Positions 24,698 through 38,449 of a stretch of 64,000 nucleotides of DNA are shown piece after piece. The first letter of the stretch is position 1; every line of letters starts with the position of its first letter. Under the pieces are notes generated by a model. The model was not told the DNA's origin and searched no databases. It saw nothing but the letters and a program-made list of their open reading frames with translations. Origin of the DNA: Octopus sinensis (lineage: Eukaryota); assembly GCF_006345805.1 (NCBI RefSeq), contig NC_043023.1:4836001-4900000 (forward strand). The letters are read 5' to 3'. The translations under genes were made by a program, and so were the position numbers.

Positions 24698-26782
24698 TAT
24701 TTCATAAAGATTTGCCATAAAAGCATTACAAAGAGTAGCTTGCAGGCTGGACATAGACATTAATGAGGCGGATGATTATGATCCAAAATGATAAAGATGG
24801 GAGAAGGCAGAAGGCGCCAGCCGACCCTCTGCTTCTCTAAAACATTGTTTTTTGTTGTTTTTTTAAATACATGTACCGAGGTAATGACCCTCTTACAATT
24901 TAAGATACAATTTCTTTGGACCACAAATTACATTAAAAAAAAATCAAATTAGAGGCAATAAACCTTTACAATTCTTCCTCCAGTAAATCTTGTGCAACTT
25001 GCAGGCATTGTTGCAACCGAAATCTGGGGCTCCAATAGAGAATTATGAAATTCTCGTTTTTACACGAGTCAATTATATTGTTACGCAGCTTTCTTTCCAG
25101 CACCAGAGCAGCCACCTGCAAAGGCCACTCTGGGCTGTCAATGCAATTCAGTTCCCTCAGGATCCGACTGTCCATATGGTTTTCGACAAAACTGTCAATA
25201 GCCCCTCCACTGAGGTAGCAGAACATACATTCTTCACCACCTTCACTGGGAGGGGCATCAACTCCTTCACTCGGTGGCACACATCCCACTGGCGAGGTTA
25301 TATTCCCCCCCCTCCGGTGGCACATGTCCCACCGAAGGGGTTTCAGGACATGCCGTCACCGGCAATGCCCCGTTTTTCTTTTTCTTTTTCTTTTTTCCTT
25401 TTATGACAGGAGGGTGGAGTTCCTCCGACATTTCCAGAGGACCCTCCCTCGCCCCCACCGTCTCAGGACCCATCGGTGGGCAACCATTGTTGTCCCCCTT
25501 CTTTCTCTTCTTCCCTTTTGTTTTCGAGGAGGTTGCCTCCTCCTCAACTTTTTCCTCCACTGGAGGAACAGAGGACACATCTTCAATTAACTGTTCCAGG
25601 ACCTTTGTCTGGTCCCATCAACAGTTCTTCTTGATGTGACCCGATTCCAGGCACAGGTGACACTTGGGGGGGGGGCGTCCCTCAAGAGTCACTAGATACC
25701 TAGAACCGGGTCCATAAGGTCAAAATTGCTTTCGACCCCACCCAATCAGTCTCAGGAAGCATTCTAACATTCAAGAGTTTGGTTCTGCTGCCACCCAGAC
25801 CCCGGCGGATAGTGTCCTCTATCCACTCAGGCTCAATTCCGGGTGGCAGCTCACTCACCCAGGCTCTTGTCAATTTCCTTCCACGATATGTGGGGAGGAA
25901 CAAAATCTTTTCCCCTTCCAGGGGCTGACTAGTGAACATGCTAGCCTCTTTAGGGGTGTCAAACAGCAACCACACTGTTGCAAATTTGACACTCCTTGCA
26001 ATATACTTGATAATTGGCAGGTATTCTGCCAACTCTTTTTCAATTTCGTCCTGAGAGAACACAGTGATGGTGTCGAGTGACTTGGAGTATGTTCTCAACA
26101 CCACCATTCTCTCATTTCGGTCCTCTATCCACTGCTTGGGAGGCACAATTTCCCACTCCAGCACAGTGGTTTTCTTTGTTGCCATGATTTTAAAACACAC
26201 GAAAAACAAAAAAGAGTTCAACCAAAAGTTCAAAGTTCTAAATAAAAGTCCAATAAAAAAAAAACACAAAGAAAGAACAGAAAGACAGAGCAGAGAAAAG
26301 AACGAAGGAAGACAGTTCAATCAATGGCAACACAGTTCTGCAACTCTGGTAATCCTAACGAAACAGGGTACTCCAGTCGCAGCACAATTGGTCCTTTCTG
26401 CCTGGGTACTCCGTGGTAAATCCAGTGGAAAACACAAGCAAACAAATTAATTTTTGCGGAGGGGCTACACCTCTTCAAAAAAAAACACAGTTCTCACTGC
26501 AAAGTAAGTCTTTACGCACGACCACACCAGGCAAATGTCTGGAGCAGAGTGGAGACTGTTGCTCAACAAAAAAATATTGAATACAGGGCAACAAACTTCA
26601 CTAAGCCCTCAAAAAAACACAACAAACACCTACCTCAAATTTCAATATTTCACGACGAAAAACGTGTCTTCATGTAGCAAGAACTCTCCTTGCAGCAGCT
26701 TCTTTTGGCCAACTTCTTCAGTGCACAACACTATGGCACATGCACACACTGACAACAAAGAATCAAGTCTCAAAGCCTTATG
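24698..26782 (-). mobile_element. ORF1-only (gag-like, HAL1-like) non-LTR retroelement with 15-bp TSD
   Basis: Exact TSD GGAAGCAAGCTACTT at 24683-24697 and 26783-26797. ATG at 26185. A disrupted ORF with RRM-like segments, CHLCLESGHIKKNC (CCHC, 25621-25662) and a Lys/Glu-rich linker ends at about 24966. No endonuclease or RT sequence. Confidence 0.8.
24966..26185 (-). pseudogene. Disrupted L1/Tx1-type ORF1 (zinc-knuckle gag-like protein)
   Basis: MATKKTTVLEWEIVPPKQW...TRAWVSELPPGIEPEWIEDTIRRGLG, then stops at about 25700, a frameshift in a G10 run (25666-25675), a CCHC knuckle, and C-terminal ...VAQDLLEEEL*. Confidence 0.7.
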
Positions 26783-26805
26783 GGAAGCAAGCTACTTACC
26801 ACACA

Positions 26806-27040
26806 GGCATTGAGGAAAGTATAATGACAGTTGCTTCTGATAAGACCCTGTTGAGGAGGAGCCTGAGAAGTCTATCCTCACGAGAGTATTCGAGAAACGA
26901 TGGAAGGATGTGATGAAAAAGGTGGGTGTTAGTAACCCAGCTTAATCATTGAGGAAAGGAAAAGTTCGTTGCTGGGCCTTACAGGCTGCTGGGTGCGACC
27001 CATAACGTTTTGTTTGTGTGTTTCTATGACTTAGTTTCAG
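26806..27040 (+). mobile_element. Possible L1/Tx1 ORF2 C-terminal fragment
   Basis: Encodes SILTRVFEKRWKDVMKKVGVSNPA*, resembling the F-x-x-RW end of Tx1-like ORF2. Weak similarity, from memory. Confidence 0.35.
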
Positions 27041-27294
27041 TTTAAATCAAAGTTCTAATTTTTTCAAACAATATATAAAATACATATTATTTAAGTAAAT
27101 TTTTAATATTTATATCATGCGAACTCATGTAACATCTTTGTCTTTTGTTTGTCTTTTGTTTTATGTAAGATCACCATCATCATAATAAAGATATTCTATC
27201 CTCACATCCTTGAATGGAAGAGAAGGATTGGATGGATGGTTACCAAAGATGTCTTCTTTTTTTTTTTTACCTTGTAATACAAATGCTTGTGAAG

Positions 27295-27755
27295 ATGCAT
27301 GGCTAATTGGTTAGAGCACCAGCCTCACAATCATGAGGTAGTGAAGTTGATTCTTGGGCAAAACACTTTATTTCACGTTGCTCCAGTTCACTCAACTTTA
27401 GAAATGAGTTGCAACATCATTGGTGCCAAGCTGTATCGCCCCCTTTGCCTTTCCTTGGATAACATCAGTGGCATGGAGAGGGGAGGCTGTTATGCATGAG
27501 TGACTACTAGTCTTTCATAACTTTGCCTGGACTTATGCCTCAGAGGGTAACTTTCTAGGTGCAATCCCATGGTCATTCATGACTAAAGGGGGTCTTTACC
27601 CTTTACTCTATGTACATATAGTGGCATAGAGAGGGGAGACTGGTATGCATGGGTGACTGCTGGTTTTCCATAAACAACCTGGACTTGTGCTTCAGAAGGT
27701 AACTTTCAAAGTGCAATCCCATGGTTATTCATGACCAAAGGGGGTCTTCACCCTT
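27295..27755 (+). mobile_element. SINE family 3 with duplicated 3' part
   Basis: tRNA-like head TGGCTAATTGGTTAGAGC. The 3' block GAGAGGGGAGGCTG...CCCATGGTCATTCATGAC...GGGGGTCTT occurs twice (about 27475 and 27630). Confidence 0.7.
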
Positions 27756-27939
27756 TAATACAAATGCTTGTAAAATTAAAGTATATCTTTCTTTTCTGCC
27801 TCATTTCATTTTAACCCCTTGCAGATGGGAAGTGGTTCTGACCCCATCAAAACAGTGTGTGTATGAGCAATGTCATGCTCTGGGCAGCATCATGTTTTCG
27901 AATACACCACACAGAAGAATCTGTTAATACACTGTGAAA

Positions 27940-28240
27940 TTTCTTCTTTCTTTTCGCCCTTTTTCAAGCCTAGCCAGGCTCATGGGCCCGGTTTCCCGGT
28001 TTCTGTGGGGTAGCTGTTCCCCACAGATGGACAGGACACCAGTCCATCACAGCGTTACTCAAGAAACAGGAAGAGAGAGTGAGAGAAAGATGTGGCAAAA
28101 GAGTACAACAGGGGTCACTGCCACCCCCTGCCGGAGCCTCGTGGAGCTTTAGGTGTTTCCATTCATTAAACACACAACGCCTGGTCTGGGAATCGACTGC
28201 GAGTCCGCTGCCCTAACCACTGGGCCATTGTGCCTCCACA
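27940..28240 (-). mobile_element. tRNA-headed SINE family 4 (GATGGACTGG...CCAG body)
   Basis: Inverse of 54085-54375; a partial copy is at 47540-47710. Confidence 0.75.
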
Positions 28241-29699
28241 CACTGTGAAATTACTTGTATGAAAAATTATGTAGTTACTGAACAGGTTCATACTGAGTAC
28301 ACAGCACAGACTGTCAGTACTAAACCCATCTGCAAGGGATTAAAGTCCTTGTTTTTCAAATGCTGTTTCAAATAAAACAATTATAAGTTACCTGTTTATT
28401 TTTTTTCTCCCTTTGCTTTTGAAATGAGAGGTTTTCAATTTTTTTACTCTGTGAAGTACAAAAATATACACAAGTTTTTTTTCCGTCTTAGTATTTCTAT
28501 TAAACGTTTTATATATAATAGATGCAGGTATGGTTGTGTGATAAGAAGCTTGCTTCCTAACCACACGATCCAGGTTCAATACCCCACTGCGTGGCAACTT
28601 GGGCTACTGTCTTCTACTATACTCTTGTGCTGACTAAAACTTGTGAGTGGATTTGTTAGATGGAAACGGAAAAAAGCCTGTAATATGTGTGTGTGTGTGA
28701 GCTTGCAGAAACATTAGCACGCCGGGCGAAATGCGTAGCTATATTTTGTCTGCCGTTACGTTCTGAGTTGAAATTCCGCTGAGGTTGACTTTGCCTTTCA
28801 TCCTTTTGGGGTCAATAAATTAAGTACCAGTTACGCACTGGGGTCGATAATCCGCTTGTCTGTCCTTGTTTGTGTTTGTCTCCCATCACAGCTTGCCAAC
28901 AGGTGTTGGTGTGTTTATGTCCCCCATAACATAGCAGTTCAGTAAAAGAGACTGACAGAATAAGTACCAAGCTTTAAAAAGAAAAGTGCTGGGGTTGATT
29001 CATTTGACTAAAAAAAACTCTTTGGCTGTTATTTCTAGCGTGTGGAGAGACCTTCTAGGCTTAACTTTATACACAGGTTGAAAATCCCCTATGCATGCCC
29101 AAAAGGGCAAATGAGTTGAAACACATCCAAAATATTGGTGTGGATGTGAGTGATGGGAGGTGGGTCATAATAATCTCCATATTTTTCTAGGTGGAATCTA
29201 AAAAAAATTTTGCTAAAAAGTAAAAAATGAAAAAATTGCATCAGTAGAGGTGGGGGTTAAATTTTGAAATGTCTTCCTTTGCACTTAGGGGTTTTGTCCT
29301 TCGCTCTAGCTTCTCTTATTAGCTGCTCTCTTTTATCCTTTTCTGATCTGTTGTTCACCTGAACACTATTCAATAAGCTTATAATTATTAATATTTTATT
29401 TGGAGTTCAAATCCTGCCGATGTCAACTTTGTCTTTCATCCTTTTGGGGCTGATAAGATGAAGTACTTATTAGTATTATTATTATTATTATTACTATTAT
29501 TATTATTATTATTACTACCAAATGTGAAAGTTAGTAGATGACATACACAGAGGAGTGCCTTTAAGGATCAATTTTGACTTTCATTCTTCTGGGGTTGATA
29601 AAATAAGTACCAGTAATATATTGAAATTGATTCAGTTGACTGTATCTCTCTCTTCCAGAATAGTGGCTCTGTGCTCACTGTTGTTGTTATTGTTATTAT

Positions 29700-30024
29700 T
29701 ATTATTAACCATCCGAAAGTGGTCGTTGCCAGCACCAAGAGAACCATCCGAATGTGGCCATTGCCAGTGCCGCCCAGACTGGCCTCGTGCCGGTGGCACG
29801 TAAAAAGCACCATCCATTCGTGGCCGTTTGCCAGCTCCGTCTGGCACCTGTGCGGGTGGCACGTAAAAAGCACCCACTACACTCACGGAGTGGTTGGCGT
29901 TAGGAAGGGCATCCAGCCGTAGAAACACTGCCAGATCAGACTGGGCCTGATGCAGCCTTCTGGCTTCACACTCCAGTTGAACCGTCCAACCCATGCTAGC
30001 ATGGAAAACAGACGTTAAACGATG

Positions 30025-30055
<31 letters not shown>
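29700..30055 (+). mobile_element. RTE-tail element
   Basis: GTGCCGGTGGCAC modules plus the shared tail. Similar copies at 35800-36350(+), 37080-37490(-), 48845-49145(-), 52215-52465(-). Confidence 0.85.
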
Positions 30056-30056
<1 letters not shown>

Positions 30057-30699
30057 GAAATGCAAAATGAGAGGAATGTTCTTCACAATCCAACCATCCG
30101 CATCTGGGTTTTCTTGGAACTGTTTCATTTCTGATGCTTGTTATCATACATCACAGCTTCCAAGTTCTTCGTTTCAATATGTTGATTTTTATTCCTATAG
30201 AAGAAGAAAAAACTTCACTGGAAACATTACAGTATCTTACAAGTACTGCTGTTGATATTATCATCTAATCTCCTTCCTCAAAACTGTTAGCATCCTGCAT
30301 ATTTATTTTTAAAAAGAGGGGCGGGGGACTATTTTACTTCATTTATTTTTAAACAGGCATCTACTACCCAACTGACTGAACCAATCGATTAAGCTAAAAC
30401 CGGTTCTTTGCTTTCTGAGTTCAAATCCCGCCGAGGTTAATGTCACAACATCAGTCAAGTATTTAGTCTATATGATCGACTAAATACCCATTATTTGTAA
30501 TATCCACACAAAACGATATTTACTCTCATAATTTCTTTACAAAGGCCGGAAACTCTGGTGGTAAGATAAGAAGTAAAAGTCTGCTATTTCGATCTCGGAG
30601 GAACGAAAAGTAAAGTTGACTTCGATGGGATTTGAACTCAGAACGTGATCAGGTGGAACAAAATATCGGAAGGAATTTTTTTCCTGCCACAATTTGTAT

Positions 30700-30917
30700 A
30701 GAGTTGTCTTCCCTTACCGCTTCCCCAGCTGATTGCAGTTGTGTTGCTTCCCTGCAAAACGTGTGCGGGGCCTTTTTAAAGAACCGTTGAGGGTATATTA
30801 CCAACAACTAAGGGAATAGTGTCGACTGAGATCGATAAACAATTATCTTAAATCAAATAGTTCCGAGTAAAAGCTTCCAGCCGAGCAGATCTTGGAAATA
30901 TTCGACTACAAACGAAA
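30700..30917 (+). promoter_or_regulatory. Likely TMA16 promoter / 5' UTR
   Basis: Non-repetitive, locally CpG-enriched stretch directly upstream of AAAATG/GTAAGT. It contains an ATCGAT (DRE-like core) at about 30830. The TSS is not determinable. Confidence 0.5.
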
Positions 30918-30920
30918 ATG
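30918..30920 (+). CDS. TMA16: TMA16 exon 1 coding part (ATG only)
   Basis: CGAAAATG followed directly by GTAAGT; supplies the Met missing from the phase-0 exon PKAPK at 40594. Confidence 0.8.
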
Positions 30921-32829
30921 GTAAGTCGCACGTGGCTTTATTTAATTAATAATGTTCTGTCAGGAGAAACTGTCCCCGCGGCCCTTTCTGTTCATGATCG
31001 TTAGTGAAGCTTCTTTTTGTGTGTTTGTTTTGTTATGGCCTTTATGCTGTGGTCAGTCTGTTCTCTTTGAGCATATAAAAGACAAATTTAGCTGGGGCAA
31101 AATGAGTAAGACAAAATAAAGTAAACTTCTTTCTTCAATTCTCCAGAATTACATTTGAAAACAGATTCATAGACATCAGAAAGACAAGAAACTTTGGTAA
31201 ATATTTACAGTATTACCCGGAAACGAAAACAAAATAAATAGTGTGCCGGAGAAGCTGTGTGGTAAGTAGCTTGCTTACCAACCACGTAGTTCTGGGTTCA
31301 GTCCCACTGCGTGGCACCTTGGGCAAGTGTCTTCTACTCGGGCCAACCAAAGCCTTGTGAGTGGATTTGGTAGACGGAAACTGAAAGAAGTCCATCGTAT
31401 ATATGTATATGCATATATATATATGTGTGTGTCTGTGTTTGTCCCACCTCCACAACATCGCTTGACAACCGATACTGGTGTGTTTGCGTCCCCGTAACTT
31501 CGCGATTCAGCGAGAAACACCCAGAGAATAAGTTCTAGGCTTACAAAGAATAAGTCCTGGGGTCGATTTCCTCGACTAAAGGCGGTGCTCCAGCATGGCC
31601 GCAGTCAAATGACTGAAACAAGTAAAAGAGTACAACGGGTGTAAAGGAGGAGAAAATGGCACATGACATGAAATTAACAAAACTCGACTAAATCTAAAAA
31701 CTCAACCTAAAATATTTCCTATAGCTCCTTCACGGTCTGCTGGAGTGACTATCTTCCGATATAATTATACACCATGCAATTAAAGTGAAGAAATTATTGA
31801 AATTAGTCGTTACTTATTTTGCCTCAGTTTAGACATCATTTTTTGAAAATTGACCTGGAATCCAACAAAGACAAGAATATTGATTGTTAAACACCAAAAA
31901 CTATCCGGATATTTTATTAGCAACGTCAATTACAGTGAGGTCAAAGTTGAGGAAAAATTTCTTGAAAAAAGAGAAAGATAGGTGTAGGAGTGGCTGTGTG
32001 GTAAGTAGCTTGTTTACCAACCACATGGTTCCAGGTTCAGTCCCACTGCGTGGCACCTTGGGCAAGTGTCTTCTACTATAGCCTCAGGCTGACCAAAGCC
32101 TTGTGAGTGGATTTGGTAGATGGAAACTGAAAGAAGCCCGTCGTATATATGTGTGTCTGACAACCAATGCTGGTGTGTTTATGTCCACGTCACTTAGCGG
32201 TTTGGCAAAAAGAGACCGATAGAATAAGTACTGGGCTTACAAAGAATAAGTCCCAGGGTCGAGTTGCTTGATTAAAGGCGGTGCTCCAGCATGGCCGCAG
32301 TCAAATGACTGAAATAAGTAAAAGACTAAAGACTAACCTGCTACCTGACTGTATTTCAGACTCCCTCAACTTCAAGGCAACAACTGTGCTGACCAATTTT
32401 AACTCCTGAAGATGATGCAATACTTGCAATGTAATGATTTCTAACAGGTTGGGAATCAGAAATTACTCATTTTACCCCTTCACAGCTGGGATTTACCCTA
32501 TCTCTCTCCACCTCTCTCTTTCTCTATGTATACATAAAATATATACACTGATGCAAAATGCTGTAGTCCATTCCTGTGTCCCTCCAGCTTACATCTTCAA
32601 CAATGTGGGCACATTGAAAGATAGGTCTGATGATGTTGAGATGCTTGAACGGAGGTGTGTAGATTCAAGAGGTAAGGTAGAGAGGAGGTTCTGCTAGGTT
32701 CCTTACTGGCAAAGAGCATAGGTATAGGCATACTTCTTGTTGAGAATGGGTTGATAAGGTAATTGAGGTAGTGTGAGTGGGTGATAAGATACTTAGACTA
32801 GTTTTGCAAAGCGGAACAGCATCCATTAT

Positions 32830-34600
32830 CTCAGCTTATGACACCCTTTTGCAGACTACCTGATCAACAAATGACAGTGACCTTTTGTTTGTGGCTGGTG
32901 ACATCAATGGGCATGTTGGGCAGCCATCCAAGTGGCTTCCATGGTATGCATGGTGGCAACGGATTTGGTTCCTGTAATGAGGAGGGGACTAGGTTGCAGG
33001 AGTTCTGTGATGCAAATGACATTATGATCTGCAATACTAACTTCAGGAAATCTGCCAGTTACCTGTTCACCTACCAGTCTGGTGGCCATACGAGTCAGAT
33101 TGACTACATTTTTGCCAGAAAATAGGAAAGATAGCTGCTTATAAATGCCAAAACTTTTCCAGGGGAAGAATGCACTCTTCAATATAGAGTGTTAGCCTGG
33201 ATGAGATGCAGTTTAGATTTGTGCCAGGTAGAAGTACGACTGATGTTATATTCCTGGTTAGGCAACTGAAGGAGAAGTACCCAGCCAAAAATAAACCTCT
33301 GTACTTGACTTTTGTTGAAATGGAGAAAGCCTTTCACAGGGTCCTCCACTCCCTTATCTGGTTGTCAATGTAGAAGCTAGGGATAGATGAGTGGTTGGTG
33401 AGAGGTGTACAAGCCATGTACAGGGATGCTACAGGTAAGGTGAAGGTGGGCAACAAGTATAGCAATGGATTCAGTGTACAGGTAGGAGTTCACCAAGGGT
33501 CAGTTCTCAGCCCCCTCTTATTTATTTTAGTTCTCCAGGCCTTAGCGGAAGAATTCAAGACTGGAAGCTCCTCTACACCAATGACCTTGTTCTTACAGGT
33601 GAATACATCTGACTTAGAGAAGAAATTTCAGGCATGGAAACAAGGTCTGGAATCAAGGGACCTCAGAGTTAGTTTAGCAAAAACAAAAGTCCTTGTAAGT
33701 AGGAAAACCGACAAATCACAAGTCCCTTCAGGGAGAAGGTACTGCTCAATATGTAAGAAGGGTAGAAACTCCTAACTTTGTACCCAGTGCAAGCTTTGGA
33801 CACATAAGAGGTGCAGCAGTATCACCGGAAGGTTAATGGAGAAAAAAGTGGAGGATGTAGTTCTGAATGTGTAGATGCTAGAATAGCAGTGGAGGGCGTA
33901 GTTCTGAATGTGTAGATGCTAGAATAAGAACAGGTTGGGCAAAGTTCAGAGAACTCCTACCTTTGTTGATTACTAAGGGACTCTCTCTCAGAGTGAAAGG
34001 CAGATTGCATGATGCCTCTGTACATATAGCTATGCTACATGGCAACAAAACATGGACTTTGACAACTTGCAAAGGCTTGAAAGAAATGAAGCTAATATGC
34101 CCCCCAGGATGCATTAATGTCAATGTGCACACACGACAGTGTAAATGATTTAAGAAGAAAATTGGACATGAGAGGCATCAGATGGATGCAAGTGTGAAGA
34201 CTCGGGTTTGTGTATGGGGGGAAGGCTGTTACATAAAGAAGTGCTGAGCTCTAATTGTGGAGGGAACGTGTGGAAGGGTAGACCCAGGAAAATATGGGAC
34301 AAAGTGGTGAGAAAGGATATTCAGATGTTGGGCTTCACTGAGGAAATGACAAAGATGTAGCGATTTGCTCTATACTTGAGAAGACGCATGAAGCCAGTAC
34401 TGCATCTATGCACCCATGCCGGTGGCACATAAAAAGCACCCAGCACGTTCTGTTAAGTGGTTGGCGTTAGGAAGGGCATCCAGCCGTACAAAACATACCA
34501 CAACAGACAATTGGAGTCTGAATAGCTCCCCGCAGGCCAGCTCTGTGTCAAACCATTCAACCTATGCCAGCATGGAAAATGGACGTTAAATGATGATTAT
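32830..34600 (+). mobile_element. Degraded, internally deleted RTE LINE
   Basis: Endonuclease relics (GDINGHVG, QIDYI), RT relic VGVHQGSVLSPLLF, and GLSLRVKGRL shared with 50118-50876. Ends in the shared tail. Confidence 0.85.
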
Positions 34601-34624
34601 ATATATATATATACACATACATAC

Positions 34625-34930
34625 ATATATATATATAAATACAAAAATGGGACAAGAATGCAAAACATCCAGACAGACGATACAAGGAAAACAAGGATGG
34701 CTCATTCGGAATTTTCTATCCTCAGTCGAGTTCCAGATTATCTTTGCAATTTCAGCTGGTTATACTCGAGATTGCTCCAATCTGGCCAGCTACAAGGAAA
34801 AACTAAGCTAAGAACACTAGATTCCTTGAAAGAAAGCAGTGAATGTATATGAAAACAAGGACAGAGGGAAAAAAAACGGAGAAATGGTACACAAATACAA
34901 ATAACAGGACATTAACAACAGTTGTCTTTC
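34625..34930. mobile_element. (TA)n-associated interspersed repeat
   Basis: Related in reverse to 8185-8320. The AAAACATCCAGACAGACGATACAAGGAAAACA block recurs directly at about 35360-35392. Confidence 0.5.
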
Positions 34931-37900
34931 AACTAAGGACGAATTAAATTAAGCTGACGTGTTGTGTGGAAGTAAAGCCTTATGGCAGGGACATAAGAGA
35001 TGACAGGCATAGGGAGGAATATAGATGTTGCATGGATGGTAGTGGAACCAAGAAAGAAAGGTCAGGCTTGGCCAAACACCGGTCACGTGGAGGGAGAAGA
35101 GAGGGATGGAAGAATTAAAGAGGGCGAGAAAAAAATGAAAGGAACAGAGGTGAGCATGAAGAGAAGACCAGAAAATGTGAGAGAGGGGGAACGAAAGAAC
35201 GAAGAGTGGAATGAACAAAGTGTGAAAGGGCTGAAAGAAAGAAGGAATACAAAGAAAAAGAGTTGTACAAAATTTAGACATATATATGTATACTTACATA
35301 TAAGAGACCAAAGTGTACGCTGCTATATTTTATATATAAAAAGTACAAAAAAGGACAACAAAATATCTAGACAGACAATACAAGGAAAACATATATATAT
35401 ATGAGTATTATTAGGAGAATATCCGAATTCCAGAACAAGAGACAACGGTAAAGTAGTTGGTAGAAAAATAGTAATAACAATATTCTTAATGATAGATAGC
35501 AACCATATGCATAGAGCCAGAAAGGTAAAAATAGTCAACTTGAAAAGGACCTACTATACTACACAGTGACTGGGAGACGAATACCCAAATAGAGACAAGC
35601 AGTGCAAGGGAGACAACTGTTACAATTTGTACAGCTGCTGGACCAGGTACAGTGGATGCTAGACATAACAACACAGAAACCTGAATCAATAGCAGAAATG
35701 TAAACGATAGTAAATCCATGGATACGGTAAGAGTGAAGGTATCTAATTCTGATCCCACTAACATAGGTAGGGTTTGTAAAGAAAAAACTCATGGAAAAAT
35801 TAGGTCGTTGCCAGTACCGCCTGACTGGCCCATGTGTAAAAATTTGAGCAAGGTCATTGCTAGTACCACCTGACTGGCTCCCGTGTAGGTGGCATGTAAA
35901 AAGCACCCACTACACTCTCGGAGTGGTTGGCGTTAGGAAGGGCATCCAGCTGTAGAAACTCTGCCAGATCAAGACTGGAGCCTGGTGCAGCCATCTGGTT
36001 TGCCAGCCCACAGTCAAACCATACAACCCATGCTAGCATAGAAAGTGGACGTTAAACGATGAAGATGATATATGACGGAAAATTTAGTATACAGGTGAAG
36101 AGTAACGTCAGAAGGCAATTCGCACTTCAGCGGAGTTTCAAATCCAGACACCCAGTGCCGCCTGCCATGACTGGCTCCCATGTCGGTGGCACCTAAAAAA
36201 TACTCTCAGAGTGGTTGGCATTAGGAAGGGCATCCAGCTGTAGAGACCCTATCAGATCAGGTTGGAGCCTGGTGCAGCTTCCTGGTTCCCCAGCCCTCAG
36301 TCAAACCGTCCAACCCATGGCAGCGTGGGAAGCAGACATTAAACGATGTTGATAAAGGTGTGTGATTTGAGGATGCTTTGGCTTTTGTTTCTAGCATATC
36401 CCACGATCAGATTACTCATTGCTTTGTCACGCTAACATATTTTGATGTTTTACAATATTTTTCTCCCCATAAACACATTAATGCTATTAAAAAAAATTTT
36501 TGAAAATTTATGGCTTTTTCAACCTCATTCTCTCTGTCCATCAATTGTTTCTGTTTATAATTTATTGGAGAGACTGACAAGGTCATTGCTGGGATTTATC
36601 CTCAGTGATTTAAAAAAAAGAAAAAAAAGGTATATAAAAGATGATTTCTTTAAATAGCTTAGTTTTCTGTTAGAAAATGTTTCTTCTTACACACGCACAG
36701 CCTTGCTTGGGGCAAGGGCTTAAAAATGTAAATTACTAACCTTTTTGTTGCTTATATCTCAGTAATAGATAATGCATGTATTACTCCCACATAGAACATT
36801 AAAATACTTCTGTCGTATTGACATATAATTTAGTGACCCCCATATAAATTGAAGGGGTCCATGTTTACTTTCAAACAGTAATCTCTAGCCTCCTTAACTC
36901 CTTTGAGACACTGAAACACAGTGTTTTGGTATGTGTAGCCAAAAAGACCAAAATTTTTTTCTGTTGAGATTGAAGTTGATGGGTGTTTGTAGAAAACAAA
37001 GGATAAAGTGCCTTACCAACCCAGCTGAAACCGCCTCTGAGTACAAATGTCTTATTTTCATAAGTTCATCATCATCATCATCATCGTTTAACATCCATTT
37101 TCCATGCTAGCATGGGTTGGACGGTTCAACTGGGGTCTGGGAAGCTAGAAGGCTGCGCCAGGCCCTGTCTGATCTGGCAGTGTTTCTACAGCTGGATGCC
37201 TTTCCTAACACCAACCACTCTGTGTGTGTAGTGGGTGCTTTTTACATGCCACCTGCACAGGGGCCAGGCAAGGCTGGCAAACGGCCACGATCAGATGGTG
37301 CTTTTTACATGCCACCGGCACAGGGGCCAGACGAGGCTGGTAACAGCTACAATTGGATGGTGCTTTTTACGTGCCACTGGCATGGAGGCCAGTCGGGGCG
37401 GCACTGGCTACAGCCACGTTTGGATGGTTCTCTTACGTGCCATCAGCACTGGTATCACAGCTACAATTTCCATTGATGTTGAATGATTTTGATTTTGATT
37501 TCTGAATTCAAATCTTCCATCAAACCTTAGTCACAATTTATGTTTCTAACACTAGCTGAATGATAACTCAGTTATTTTTCTAAATTCTTTGTTATATTTA
37601 AAGTAATTGGAAGAAACACAGAGCATCTCAAAATAAATACAGTAACGAAAGGGTTAAAATACTTTATCAGTATGTAAAACTATAGATATTAGGAAAGTTT
37701 TATAAATAGCACAATACGTCTATCACCATAAGAAAGCCTAAAACAGCACAATACATGTAAATATAAATAAAATAATAAGCATAAAAGTATCTGTGAAAAA
37801 ACCAAAAAAAATGGACTGAAGTCGATCTCAGATTGGCTGTTACACTTCAAAACCAACCATTCACAACATTTGTTTTATCGGGCCGATGGATGGCCTTGAA

Positions 37901-38449
37901 GTCCTTTCAATTGGCTCGGGTGTCCCAAGAGGGTTAAATATAGGATATGTGTGTGTGTATATTTATATGATGTGTTTTATAATAATTACTGGTCCTTATA
38001 TATTACTATATTTTATATCTTATATGTAAAGAATTATATGCTATATGTGTGTATGTTATCATAATTATCAGTTTAATAAATAAATAAGATAACATCTTTA
38101 ATGTCCAAAAGTTGATGAACCACCTATTATTCTCCTCCATTTTCTTATTTGCTATATACATATATAAGATCAAAGGGTGAAAAATTGGATATTGATTTGA
38201 TAACATCAATTTTAACACCAGTGGTCTAGCATATAAAAAAACTGAGATTCAGTAAATAGTATTTCTTACATAAATATAAGAGGGGATTTTTTAAACCACT
38301 ATGTGGAAACCATTATGCTAGAAGAAGATCCGCTATGGCCTTAACCACTAAGAATTGTTCTCCAGAAAATTTAGCACACCAGAATCGTAAGCGAGCAAGA
38401 CAAATGAAAAATATATATATATTCTTTTTATTCATTTACTTGTTTCAGT

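Noticed and set aside
30705-30775. Minus-strand donor (GCG/GTAAGG) suggesting a divergent transcript from the TMA16 promoter
   Set aside because: A single motif with no downstream exon chain; needs transcript data.
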